Shown here: one piece after another, positions 53,357 through 64,000 of the stretch
Numbering within the stretch: the stretch's first letter is position 1
How the letters are laid out: the number at the start of each line of letters is the position of its first letter
NCBI RefSeq assembly: GCF_006345805.1
Contig: NC_043001.1
Location: 51,584,001-51,648,000, forward strand
Direction of reading: 5' to 3'
DNA: 64,000 bases
Origin: Octopus sinensis
Lineage: Eukaryota
Made by a program: the position numbers and the translations under genes
Notes under the pieces: generated by a model
Seen by the model: the letters and a program-made list of their open reading frames with translations, nothing else
What the model was told of the DNA's origin: nothing
The model's database searches: none

Positions 53357-53402
<46 letters not shown>

Positions 53403-53406
<4 letters not shown>

Positions 53407-53550
53407 TCTTTACTACCTACAAGGGGCTAAACACAGAGGGAACAAACAAGGACAGACAAAGGGATTGAGTCGATTATATCGACCCTAGTGCGTAACTGGT
53501 ACTTAATTTATCGACCCCGAAAGAATGAAAGGCAAAGTCGACCTCGACGG
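53403..53550 (-). mobile_element. SINE family A, head-truncated
   Basis: Matches the body and tail of 9605-9760 and 24490-24630. Confidence 0.8.
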
Positions 53551-53595
53551 AATGCACACACACACATATATATATATATTATATATATATATATA

Positions 53596-53628
53596 TATCC
53601 TTGGCGAAATCGTTACATAACTATTTAG

Positions 53629-53678
<50 letters not shown>

Positions 53679-53711
53679 CTAAATAGTTATGTAACGATTT
53701 CGGCAAGGATA
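53596..53711. repeat. Near-perfect palindrome centred on (TA)n
   Basis: ATCCTTGGCGAAATCGTTACATAACTATTTAGTTCTAA-(TA)n-TTAGAACTAAATAGTTATGTAACGATTTCGGCAAGGAT; one mismatch. Confidence 0.92.
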
Positions 53712-54110
53712 ACTTTGCTTTACATCTTTTCTGAGCCGATAAGATAAGTAATAGTTGAGCACTGAGTCGATATTATCGACTTACACGCTCCATCGAACTT
53801 GCTGGCCTTCCGCCAAAATTTGAAATCCATAATGTTTTTATATTATGTATTGATTTTAATGCCACGCTGTATTTTTCGTGTTTGATTTTTTATTGTTTTC
53901 AATATAACATTTACAAATTTCTTTTTACATTCTTCCCTGATGATATTCTGACTAATAATAATTAACCAAATTGATTTCCTTAGGTTAAATTTGATTGAAG
54001 CGAAGAATTGAAACAATTATAGGTCTTGTCAAAGTATTAATAAAGTTTTATCAATATTATCTCCATCTTCTCTCTTTGTTTTTATAATAATTATATATAT
54101 ATGTGTGTGC

Positions 54111-54150
<40 letters not shown>

Positions 54151-54367
54151 CTATATTCTAAGGTATTCAACCAGTCTAATCTTGGATATTTCTGTCCCTC
54201 TGAGGTTTATATATATATCCTCACTTATACTTTAATATATATATATATATAACTAAATTAGTTATATACATATATTATATATTGCATATTGCGAAATTCG
54301 GTCTAATATTATTATACTGAATTTTACCTGTAAGGTTGGAATAATAATTTATTCCCTAATATTATTA

Positions 54368-54421
<54 letters not shown>

Positions 54422-54435
54422 CATTATATATACTT

Positions 54436-54490
<55 letters not shown>

Positions 54491-54689
54491 AAGTGTGGGG
54501 TTTTAGTAGTTCACAGGTGATCTAAACGATTAGGTACGCTAGCTAAGCTCTGCAACGGATTACTGGGACTCCAAGGCTATAGCCGAGACGGTAGTTATGG
54601 AGCCATTGCAGATTTCCGATGCAGCGGATATATAATTGTTAAATAGGACAACAAACGTTAAGGCAAGCAAACATCTCAAGTCGTATACA

Positions 54690-55510
54690 TTATTGTTATT
54701 GGAAAAAATTCAAAGTCTTACAGCTGTTTCTGGGATATTCCATCATCAGAGACAAATAGGGAAAATGAGAACGGTATATATTAATGAAACGACGACATAA
54801 AAGAAGGGAGTAAAGGAATAACGAAATGAAGAGAGAGAAGAAAAAAGCATAAAAGTTCATAGTTCAACTTTCCGATGTTGTAAAACAAGAGCATAAGTCC
54901 TTAGGAGGAATTCTGCGTAGATCCATGTAGGTTATGACCCTGATATAGTAAACATCCAGAGAAAAAAGACGTTCAGCAACAGAATGGTAGCGGAGGTGGC
55001 TATTAAGTAGTAAAAGGAGAAAAAAATAAACTAGAAAGAGGGCTGGAAGAAGTGGGAGGTGGAGAATTAAGGATTGGCTTTTGGATAAAATAAGGTGTAT
55101 AGGTATATGGTGTCTGAGGATATTGTGTAGAGGTAGCCTTTTACCACTTAATAGCCACCTCCGCTACTATTCTGTTATTGAACGCTGATATGTTCGAGTC
55201 TTTTTTCTCTTGATATTTACTATATCAGGATTTTAACCCACATGGATCTACGCAGAATTCCACCTAAGAATTTATTCTATTCTTTCTACAACATCAGAAA
55301 GTTGAACTATGAACTTTTATGCTTCTTTTTTTCTTCTCTCTCACCATCTCCTTATTCCTTTACTCTTGTCTTCTATGTCGCCATTATATTAGTTAATTTA
55401 TACCCTTCTCATTTTCCTTGTTTTTCCTTATTTGTCTCTGATAACAGAATATCCAATACTCGGGGATATCCCAGAAACAACTGTCAGACTGAATTTTTTC
55501 CAATAATAAT
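54690..55510. mobile_element. Diverged fold-back of Penelope-terminus-like repeats, with a hammerhead motif at each outer end
   Basis: Arms at about 54690-55018 and 55137-55510 are imperfect reverse complements, e.g. GCGGAGGTGGCTATTAAGT / ACTTAATAGCCACCTCCGC. Confidence 0.75.
54715..54753 (-). ncRNA. Minimal type I hammerhead ribozyme
   Basis: Minus strand reads GTCT-CTGATGA-TGG(AATATC)CCA-GAAA-CAGCTG-TA^AGAC: intact core, palindromic stem III (ACAGCTGT), GUA triplet. Confidence 0.7.
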
Positions 55511-55621
55511 AATGTATACGACTTGAGATATTTCCCTTGCCTTAACGTTTGTAGCCCTGTTTAACAATAATATATATATATATGTATGTATGTATATATA
55601 TATATATATATATAATATATA

Positions 55622-55683
<62 letters not shown>

Positions 55684-55769
55684 CATAGGCAAATATATAC
55701 GCGTATGTGTGTACGTTTGCGTGTGTGTATGTGTATTGTGTCTTGTGTTTGTTAGTTTATTTATGTCTT

Positions 55770-58700
55770 CGTAACTTAGCGATTTTAAAGCTGATTTTAT
55801 GGTTCGTTTAGTCACCATGGATGAAACTTGGCTTCATCATTATAATCCCCAGACCAAGCACAATTAATGGAATGGTGCCACAGTAGTTCAACCCGTCCCA
55901 AGGAGTTTCGGACCCAGAAGTCAGCTGGAAAGATTCTGGCTGCAGTGTCCTGGAACAAAGACAGAATACTCTTTATAAAATACCTGCCAAACCATCAACA
56001 CAGAATACTACATGTTTCTGTTGAACGAACCGCGTAAAGGTTTGCAACAGAATCGCCGCGGAAGGGTGAGCCATAATATCCTGTGTTTGCAGTGCAACGC
56101 ACCGGCGCACGCAATACGTGAAACTCTAAGGAAAATACGCGACTTTGGCTTCGAATTGGTAGACACACACTTTATTCTTTTGACTCGGCCCCCTCCGACT
56201 ATCATCTCTTTCCACAACAAAGGAAAATACGCGACTTTGGCTTCGAATTGGTAGACACACACTTTATTCTTTTGACTCGGCCCCCTCCGACTATCACCTC
56301 TTTCCACAACAAAGGAAAATACGCGACTTTGGCTTCGAATTGGTAGACACACACTTTATTCTTTTGACTCGACCCCCTCCGACTATCATCTCTTTCCACA
56401 ACAAAGGAAAATACGCGACTTTGGCTTCGAATTGGTAGACACACACTTTATTCTTTTGACTCGGCCCCCTCCGACTATCATCTCTTTCCACAACAAAGGA
56501 AAATACGCGACTTTGGCTTCGAATTGGTAGACACACACTTTATTCTTTTGACTCGGCCCCCTCGACTATCATCTCTTTCCACAACAAAGGAAAATACGCG
56601 ACTTTGGCTTCGAATTGTAGACACACACTTTATTCTTTTGACTCGGCCCCCTCCGACTATCATCTCTTTCCACAACAAAGGAAAATACGCGACTTTGGCT
56701 TCGAATTGGTAGACACACACTTTATTCTTTTGACTCGCCCCCTCCGACTATCACCTCTTTCCACAACAAGGAAAATACGCGACTTTGGCTTCGAATTGGT
56801 AGACACACACTTTATTCTTTTGACTCGGCCCCCTCCGACTATCACCTCTTTCCACAACAAAGGAAAATACGCGACTTTGGCTTCGAATTGGTAGACACAG
56901 ACTTTATTCTTTTGACTCGACCCCCTCCGACTATCATCTCTTTCCACAACAAAGGAAAATACGCGACTTTGGCTTCGAATTGGTAGACACACACTTTATT
57001 CTTTTGACTCGACCCCTCCGACTATCATTCTTTCCACAACAAAGGAAAATACGCGACTTTGGCTTCGAATTGGTAGACACACACTTTATTCTTTTGACTC
57101 GGCCCCCTCCGACTATCATCTTTCCACAACAAAGGAAAATACGCGACTTTGGCTTCGAATTGGTAGACACCACACTTTATTCTTTTGACTCGGCCCCTCC
57201 GACTATCATCTCTTTCCACAACAAAGGAAAATACGCGACTTTGGCTTCGAATTGGTAGACACACACTTTATTCTTTTGACTCGCCCCCTCCGACTATCAT
57301 CTCTTTCCACAACAAAGGAAAATACGCGACTTTGGCTTCGAATTGGTAGACACACACTTTATTCTTTTGACTCGGCCCCCTCCGACTATCATCTCTTTCC
57401 ACAACAAAGGAAAATACGCGACTTTGGCTTCGAATTGGTAGACACCACTTTATTCTTTTGACTCGGCCCCCTCCGACTATCATCTCTTTCCACAACAAAG
57501 GAAAATACGCGACTTTGGCTTCGAATTGGTAGACACACACTTTATTTTTTTGACTCGCCCCCTCCGACTATCATCTCTTTCCACAACAAAGGAAAATACG
57601 CGACTTTGGCTTCGAATTGGTAGACACACACTTTATTCTTTTGACTCGGCCCCCCCCTCCGACTATCATCTCTTTCCACAACAAAGGAAAATACGCGACT
57701 TTGGCTTCGAATTGGTAGACACACACTTTATTCTTTTGACTCGACCCCTCCGACTATCATCTCTTTCCACAACAAAGGAAAATACGCGACTTTGGCTTCG
57801 AATTGGTAGACACACACTTTATTCTTTTGACTCGGCCCCCTCCGACTATCATCTCTTTCCACAACAAAGGAAAATACGCGACTTTGGCTTCGAATTGGTA
57901 GACACACACTTTATTCTTTTGACTCGACCCCTCCGACTATCATCTCTTTCCACAACAAAGGAAAATACGCGACTTTGGCTTCGAATTGGTAGACACACAC
58001 TTTATTCTTTGACTCGGCCCCCTCCGACTATCATCTCTTCCACAACAAAGGAAAATACGCGACTTTGGCTTCGAATTGGTAGACACACACTTTATTCTTT
58101 TGACTCGGCCCCCTCCGACTATCATCTCTTTCCACAACAAAGGAAAATACGCGACTTTGGCTTCGAATTGGTAGACACACACTTTATTCTTTTGACTCGG
58201 CCCCCTCCGACTATCATCTCTTTCCACAACAAAGGAAAATACGCGACTTTGGCTTCGAATTGGTAGACACACACTTTATTCTTTTGACTCGGCCCCCTCC
58301 GACTATCATCTCTTTCCACAACAAAGGAAAATACGCGACTTTGGCTTCGAATTGGTAGACACACACTTTATTCTTTTGACTCGGCCCCCTCCGACTATCA
58401 TCTCTTTCCACAACAAAGGAAAATACGCGACTTTGGCTTCGAATTGGTAGACACACACTTTATTCTTTTGACTCGGCCCCCTCCGACTATCATCTCTTTC
58501 CACAACAAAGGAAAATACGCGACTTTGGCTTCGAATTGGTAGACACACACTTTATTCTTTGACTCGGCCCCCTCCGACTATCATCTCTTCCACAACAAAG
58601 GAAAATACGCGACTTTGGCTTCGAATTGGTAGACACACACTTTATTCTTTTGACTCGGCCCCCTCCGACTATCATCTCTTTCCACAACAAAGGAAAATAC

Positions 58701-61700
58701 GCGACTTTGGCTTCGAATTGGTAGACACACACTTTATTCTTTGACTCGGCCCCTCCGACTATCATCTCTCCACAACAAAGGAAAATACGCGACTTTGGCT
58801 TCGAATTGGTAGACACACACTTTATTCTTTTGACTCGGCCCCCTCCGACTATCATCTCTTTCCACAACAAGGAAAATACGCGACTTTGGCTTCGAATGGT
58901 AGTAGACACACACTTATTCTTTTGACTCGGCCCCCTCCGACTATCATCTCTTTCACAACAAAGGAAAATACGCGACTTTGGCTTCGAATTGGTAGACACA
59001 CACTTTATTCTTTTGACTCGGCCCCCTCCGACTATCATCTCTTTCCACAACAAAAATACGCGACTTTGGCTTCGAATTGGTAGACACACACTTTATTCTT
59101 TTGACTCGGCCCCCTCCGACTATCATCTCTTTCCACAACAAAGGAAAATACGCGACTTTGGCTTCGAATTGGTAGACACACACTTTATTCTTTTGACTCG
59201 GCCCCCTCCGACTATCATCTCTTTCCACAACAAAGGAAAATACGCGACTTTGGCTTCGAATTGGTAGACACAACTTTATTCTTTTGACTCGACCCCTCCG
59301 ACTATCATCTCTTTCCACAACAAAGGAAAATACGCGACTTTGGCTTCGAATTGGTAGACACACACTTTATTCTTTTGACTCGGCCCCCTCCGACTATCAT
59401 CTCTTCCACAACAAAGGAAAATACGCGACTTTGGCTTCGAATTGGTAGACACACACTTTATTCTTTTGACTCGGCCCCTCCGACTATCATCTCTTTCCAC
59501 AACAAAGGAAAATACGCGACTTTGGCTTCGAATTGGTAGACACACACTTTATTCTTTTGACTCGACCCCTCCGACTATCATCTCTTTCCACAACAAAGGA
59601 AAATACGCGACTTTGGCTTCGAATTGGTAGACACACACTTTATTCTTTTGACTCGGCCCCCTCCGACTATCATCTCTTTCCACAACAAAGGAAAATACGC
59701 GACTTTGGCTTCGAATTGGTAGACACACACTTTATTCTTTTGACTCGGCCCCCTCCGACTATCATCTCTTTCCACAACAAAGGAAAATACGCGACTTGGC
59801 TTCGAATTGGTAGACACACACTTTATTCTTTTGACTCGGCCCCCCGACTATCATCTCTTTCCACAACAAAGGAAAATACGCGACTTTGGCTTCGAATTGG
59901 TAGAACACACACTTTATTCTTTTGACTCGCCCCCTCCGACTATCATCTCTTTCCACAACAAAGGAAAATACGCGACTTTGGCTTCGAATTGGTAGACACA
60001 CACTTTATTCTTTTGACTCGGCCCCCTCCGACTATCATCTCTTTCCACAACAAAGGAAAATACGCGACTTTGGCTTCGAATTGGTAGACACACACTTTAT
60101 TCTTTTGACTCGACCCCTCCGACTATCATCTCTTTCCACAACAAAGGAAAATACGCGACTTTGGCTTCGAATTGGTAGACACACACTTTATTCTTTTGAC
60201 TCGGCCCCCTCCGACTATCATCTCTTTCCACAACAAAGGAAAATACGCGACTTTGGCTTCGAATTGGTAGACACACACACTTTATTCTTTTGACTCGGCC
60301 CCCTCCGACTATCATCTCTTTCCACAACAAAGGAAAATACGCGACTTTGGCTTCGAATTGGTAGACACACACTTTATTCTTTGACTCGGCCCCTCCGACT
60401 ATCATCTCTTTCCACAACAAAGGAAAATACGCGACTTTGGCTTCGAATTGGTAGACACACACTTTATTCTTTTGACTCGGCCCCCTCCGACTATCATCTC
60501 TTTCCACAACAAAGGAAAATACGCGACTTTGGCTTCGAATTGGTAGACACACACTTTATTCTTTTGACTCGGCCCCCTCCGACTATCTCTTTCCACAACA
60601 AAGGAAAATACGCGACTTTGGCTTCGAATTGGTAGACACACACTTTATTCTTTTGACTCGACCCCTCCGACTATCATCTCTTTCCACAACAAAGGAAAAT
60701 ACGCGACTTTGGCTTCGAATTGGTAGACACACACTTTATTTTGACTCGGCCCCCTCCGACTATCATCTCTTTCCACAACAAAGGAAAATACGCGACTTTG
60801 GCTTCGAATTGGTAGACACACACTTTATTCTTTTGACTCGACCCCTCCGACTATCATCTCTTTCCACAACAAAGGAAAATACGCGACTTTGGCTTCGAAT
60901 TGGTAGACACACACTTTATTCTTTTGACTCGGCCCCCTCCGACTATCATCTCTTTCCACAACAAAGGAAAATACGCGACTTTGGCTTCGAATGGTAGACA
61001 CACACTTTATTTTTTTGACTCGGCCCCCTCCGACTATCATCTCTTTCCACAACAAAGCCAAGAAAATACGCGACTTTGGCTTCGAATTGGTAGACACACA
61101 CTTTATTCTTTTGACTCGGACCCCCTCCGACTATCATCTCTTTCCACAACAAGGAAAATACGCGACTTTGGCTTCGAATTGGTAGACACACACTTTATTC
61201 TTTTGACTCGGCCCCCTCCGACTATCATCTCTTTCCACAACAAAGGAAAATACGCGACTTTGGCTTCGAATTGGTAGACACACACTTTATTCTTTTGACT
61301 CGACCCCTCCGACTATCATCTCTTTCCACAACAAAGGAAAATACGCGACTTTGGCTTCGAATTGGTAGACACACACTTTATTCTTTTGACTCGGCCCCCT
61401 CCGACTATCATCTCTTTCCACAACAAAGGAAAATACGCGACTTTGGCTTCGAATTGGTAGACACACACTTTATTCTTTTGACTCGGCCCCTCCGACTATC
61501 ATCTCTTTCCACAACAAAGGAAAATACGCGACTTTGGCTTCGAATTGGTAGACACACACTTTATTCTTTTGACTCGGCCCCCTCCGACTATCACCTCTTT
61601 CCACAACAAAGGAAAATACGCGACTTTGGCTTCGAATTGGTAGACACACACTTTATTCTTTGACTCGGCCCCCTCCGACTATCATCTCTTTCCACAACAA

Positions 61701-63967
61701 AGGAAAATACGCGACTTTGGCTTCGAATTGGTAGACACACACTTTATCTTTTGATCTTTTGACTCGGCCCCCTCCGACTATCACATCCTTTCCACAACAA
61801 AGGAAAATACGCGACTTTGGCTTCGAATTGGTAGACACACACTTTATTCTTTTGACTCGGCCCCCTCCGACTATCATCTCTTTCCACAACAAAGGAAAAT
61901 ACGCGACTTTGGCTTCGAATTGGTAGACACACACTTTATTCTTTTGACTCGGCCCCTCCGACTATCATCTCTTTCCACAACAAAGGAAAATACGCGACTT
62001 TGGCTTCGAATTGGTAGACACACACTTTATTCTTTTGACTCGGCCCCCTCCGACTATCACCTCTTTCCACAACAAAGGAAAATACGCGACTTGGCTTCGA
62101 ATTGGTAGACACACACTTTATTCTTTTGACTCGGCCCCTCCGACTATCATCTCTTTCCACAACAAAGGAAAATACGCGACTTTGGCTTCGAATTGGTAGA
62201 CACACACTTTATTCTTTTGACTCGGCCCCCTCCGACTATCACCTCTTTCCACAACAAAGGAAAATACGCGACTTTGGCTTCGAATTGGTAGACACACACT
62301 TTATTCTTTTGACTCGGCCCCCTCCGACTATCATCTCTTTCCACAACAAGGAAAATACGCGACTTTGGCTTCGAATTGGTAGACACACACTTTATTCTTT
62401 GACTCGGCCCCTCCGACTATCACCTCTTTCCACAACAAAGGAAAATACGCGACTTTGGCTTCGAATTGGTAGACACACACTTTATTCTTTTGACTCGGCC
62501 CCCTCCGACTATCATCTCTTTCCACAACAAAGGAAAATACGCGACTTTGGCTTCGAATTGGTAGACACACACTTTATTCTTTTGACTCGGCCCCCTCCGA
62601 CTATCACCTCTTTCCACAACAAAGGAAAATACGCGACTTTGGCTTCGAATTGGTAGACACACACTTTATTCTTTTGACTCGGCCCCCTCCGACTATCACC
62701 TCTTTCCACAACAAAGGAAAATACGCGACTTTGGCTTCGAATGGTAGAACACACTTATTTTCTTTGACTCGGCCCCCTCCGACTATCACCTCTTTCCACA
62801 ACAAAGGAATACGCGACTTTGGCTTCGAATTGGTAGACACACACTTTATTCTTTGACTCGGCCCCTCCGACTATCACCTCTTTCCACAACAAAGGAAAAT
62901 ACGCGACTTTGGCTTCGAATTGGTAGACACACACTTTATTCTTTTGACTCGGCCCCTCCGACTATCACCTCTTTCCACAACAAAGGAAAATACGCGACTT
63001 TGGCTTCGAATTGGTAGACACACACTTTATTCTTTTGACTCGGCCCCCTCCGACTATCACTCTTTCCACAACAAAGGAAAATACGCGACTTGGCTTCGAA
63101 TTGGTAGACACACACTTTATTCTTTTGACTCGGCCCCCTCCGACTATCATCTCTTTCCACAACAAAGGAAAATACGCGACTTTGCTTCGAATTGGTAGAC
63201 ACACACTTTATTCTTTGACTCGACCCCCTCCGACTATCATCTCTTTCCACAACAAAGGAAAATACGCGACTTTGGCTTCGAATTGGTAGACACACACTTT
63301 ATTCTTTTGACTCGGCCCCCTCCGACTATCACCTCTTTCACAACAAAGGAAAATACGCGACTTTGGCTTCGAATTGGTAGACACACACTTTATTCTTTGA
63401 CTCGACCCCCTCCGACTATCACCTCTTTCCACAACAAAGGAAAATACGCGACTTTGGCTTCGAATTGGTAGACACACACTTATTCTTTTGACTCGGCCCC
63501 CTCCGACTATCATCTCTTTCCACAACAAGGAAAATACGCGACTTTGGCTTCGAATTGGTAGACACACACTTTATTCTTTTGACTCGGCCCCTCCGACTAT
63601 CATCTCTTTCCACAACAAAGGAAAATACGCGACTTTGGCTTCGAATTGGTAGACACACACTTTATTCTTTTGACTCGGCCCCCTCCGACTATCATCTCTT
63701 TCCACAACAAAGGAAAATACGCGACTTTGGCTTCGAATTGGTAGACACACACTTTATTCTTTTGACTCGGCCCCCTCCGACTATCACCTATTTCCACAAC
63801 TAAAGAAAAATTCAAGGGAACGAAATTTCGCTCCGATTCGGAAGTGATCGCTGCTACAGAGGCCTAGTTGGAGGCCCAACCTTCCGAGTTCTTTTTACAG
63901 AGCTTAGAAAAAACTGAAGGCCCACTGCAATAAGTGTGTGAATCTCAGTGAGGAATATGTTGAATAA
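55770..63967 (+). mobile_element. Decayed mariner transposon interrupted by amplification of its own internal segment
   Basis: Left flank RLVTMDETWLHHYNPQTK...SAGKILAAV...EYY...LQCNAPAH..TLRKIRDFGFELVD. Right flank DYHLFPQLK..KGTKFRSDSEVIAATEA*LEAQPSEFF...EYVE* (TAA at 63965-63967). Confidence 0.92.
56128..63800 (+). repeat. 92-bp tandem array, about 83 copies
   Basis: Unit GGAAAATACGCGACTTTGGCTTCGAATTGGTAGACACACACTTTATTCTTTTGACTCGGCCCCCTCCGACTATCATCTCTTTCCACAACAAA. ORF-track offsets are 92 bp; 7673/92 = 83.4. Confidence 0.98.
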
Positions 63968-64000
63968 AGATATATGACCTGGAGGAGCAGTAATAATACC

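Noticed and set aside
56128-63800. CRISPR-like array or repetitive protein gene
   Set aside because: Units are contiguous with no unique spacers and the context is eukaryotic with no cas genes. The many ORFs are a by-product of a 92-bp period cycling through frames, with regular stops.

Overview
AT-rich, microsatellite- and transposon-dense animal genomic DNA. The SINE/LINE families look like those of an octopus; this is pattern recognition, not a database result. One host gene is supported: a three-exon GT14 core-2/I-branching beta-1,6-N-acetylglucosaminyltransferase (GCNT-like) on +. Its CDS exons are 4298-5262, 47604-47830 and 49184-49497 (501 aa from the 4298 ATG), with a 42.3-kb first intron. 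Most of the rest is decayed mobile DNA: mariner, Tigger-like MITE, Helitron/Helentron, Penelope-like, R4/Dong-like, RTE and CR1 LINEs, tRNA-head SINEs and a tRNA-Gly pseudogene. Most notable: (1) a 7.7-kb array of about 83 copies of a 92-bp unit that is the YSPDLAPSD catalytic-core segment of a mariner transposase, amplified in place inside the element; (2) two minimal hammerhead ribozymes with intact cores; (3) a series of perfect or near-perfect fold-back palindromes, several inside the intron; (4) a well-spaced intronic promoter module followed by an ATG and a splice donor in phase with GCNT exon 2. All coordinates were read by eye, and TE boundaries are approximate.
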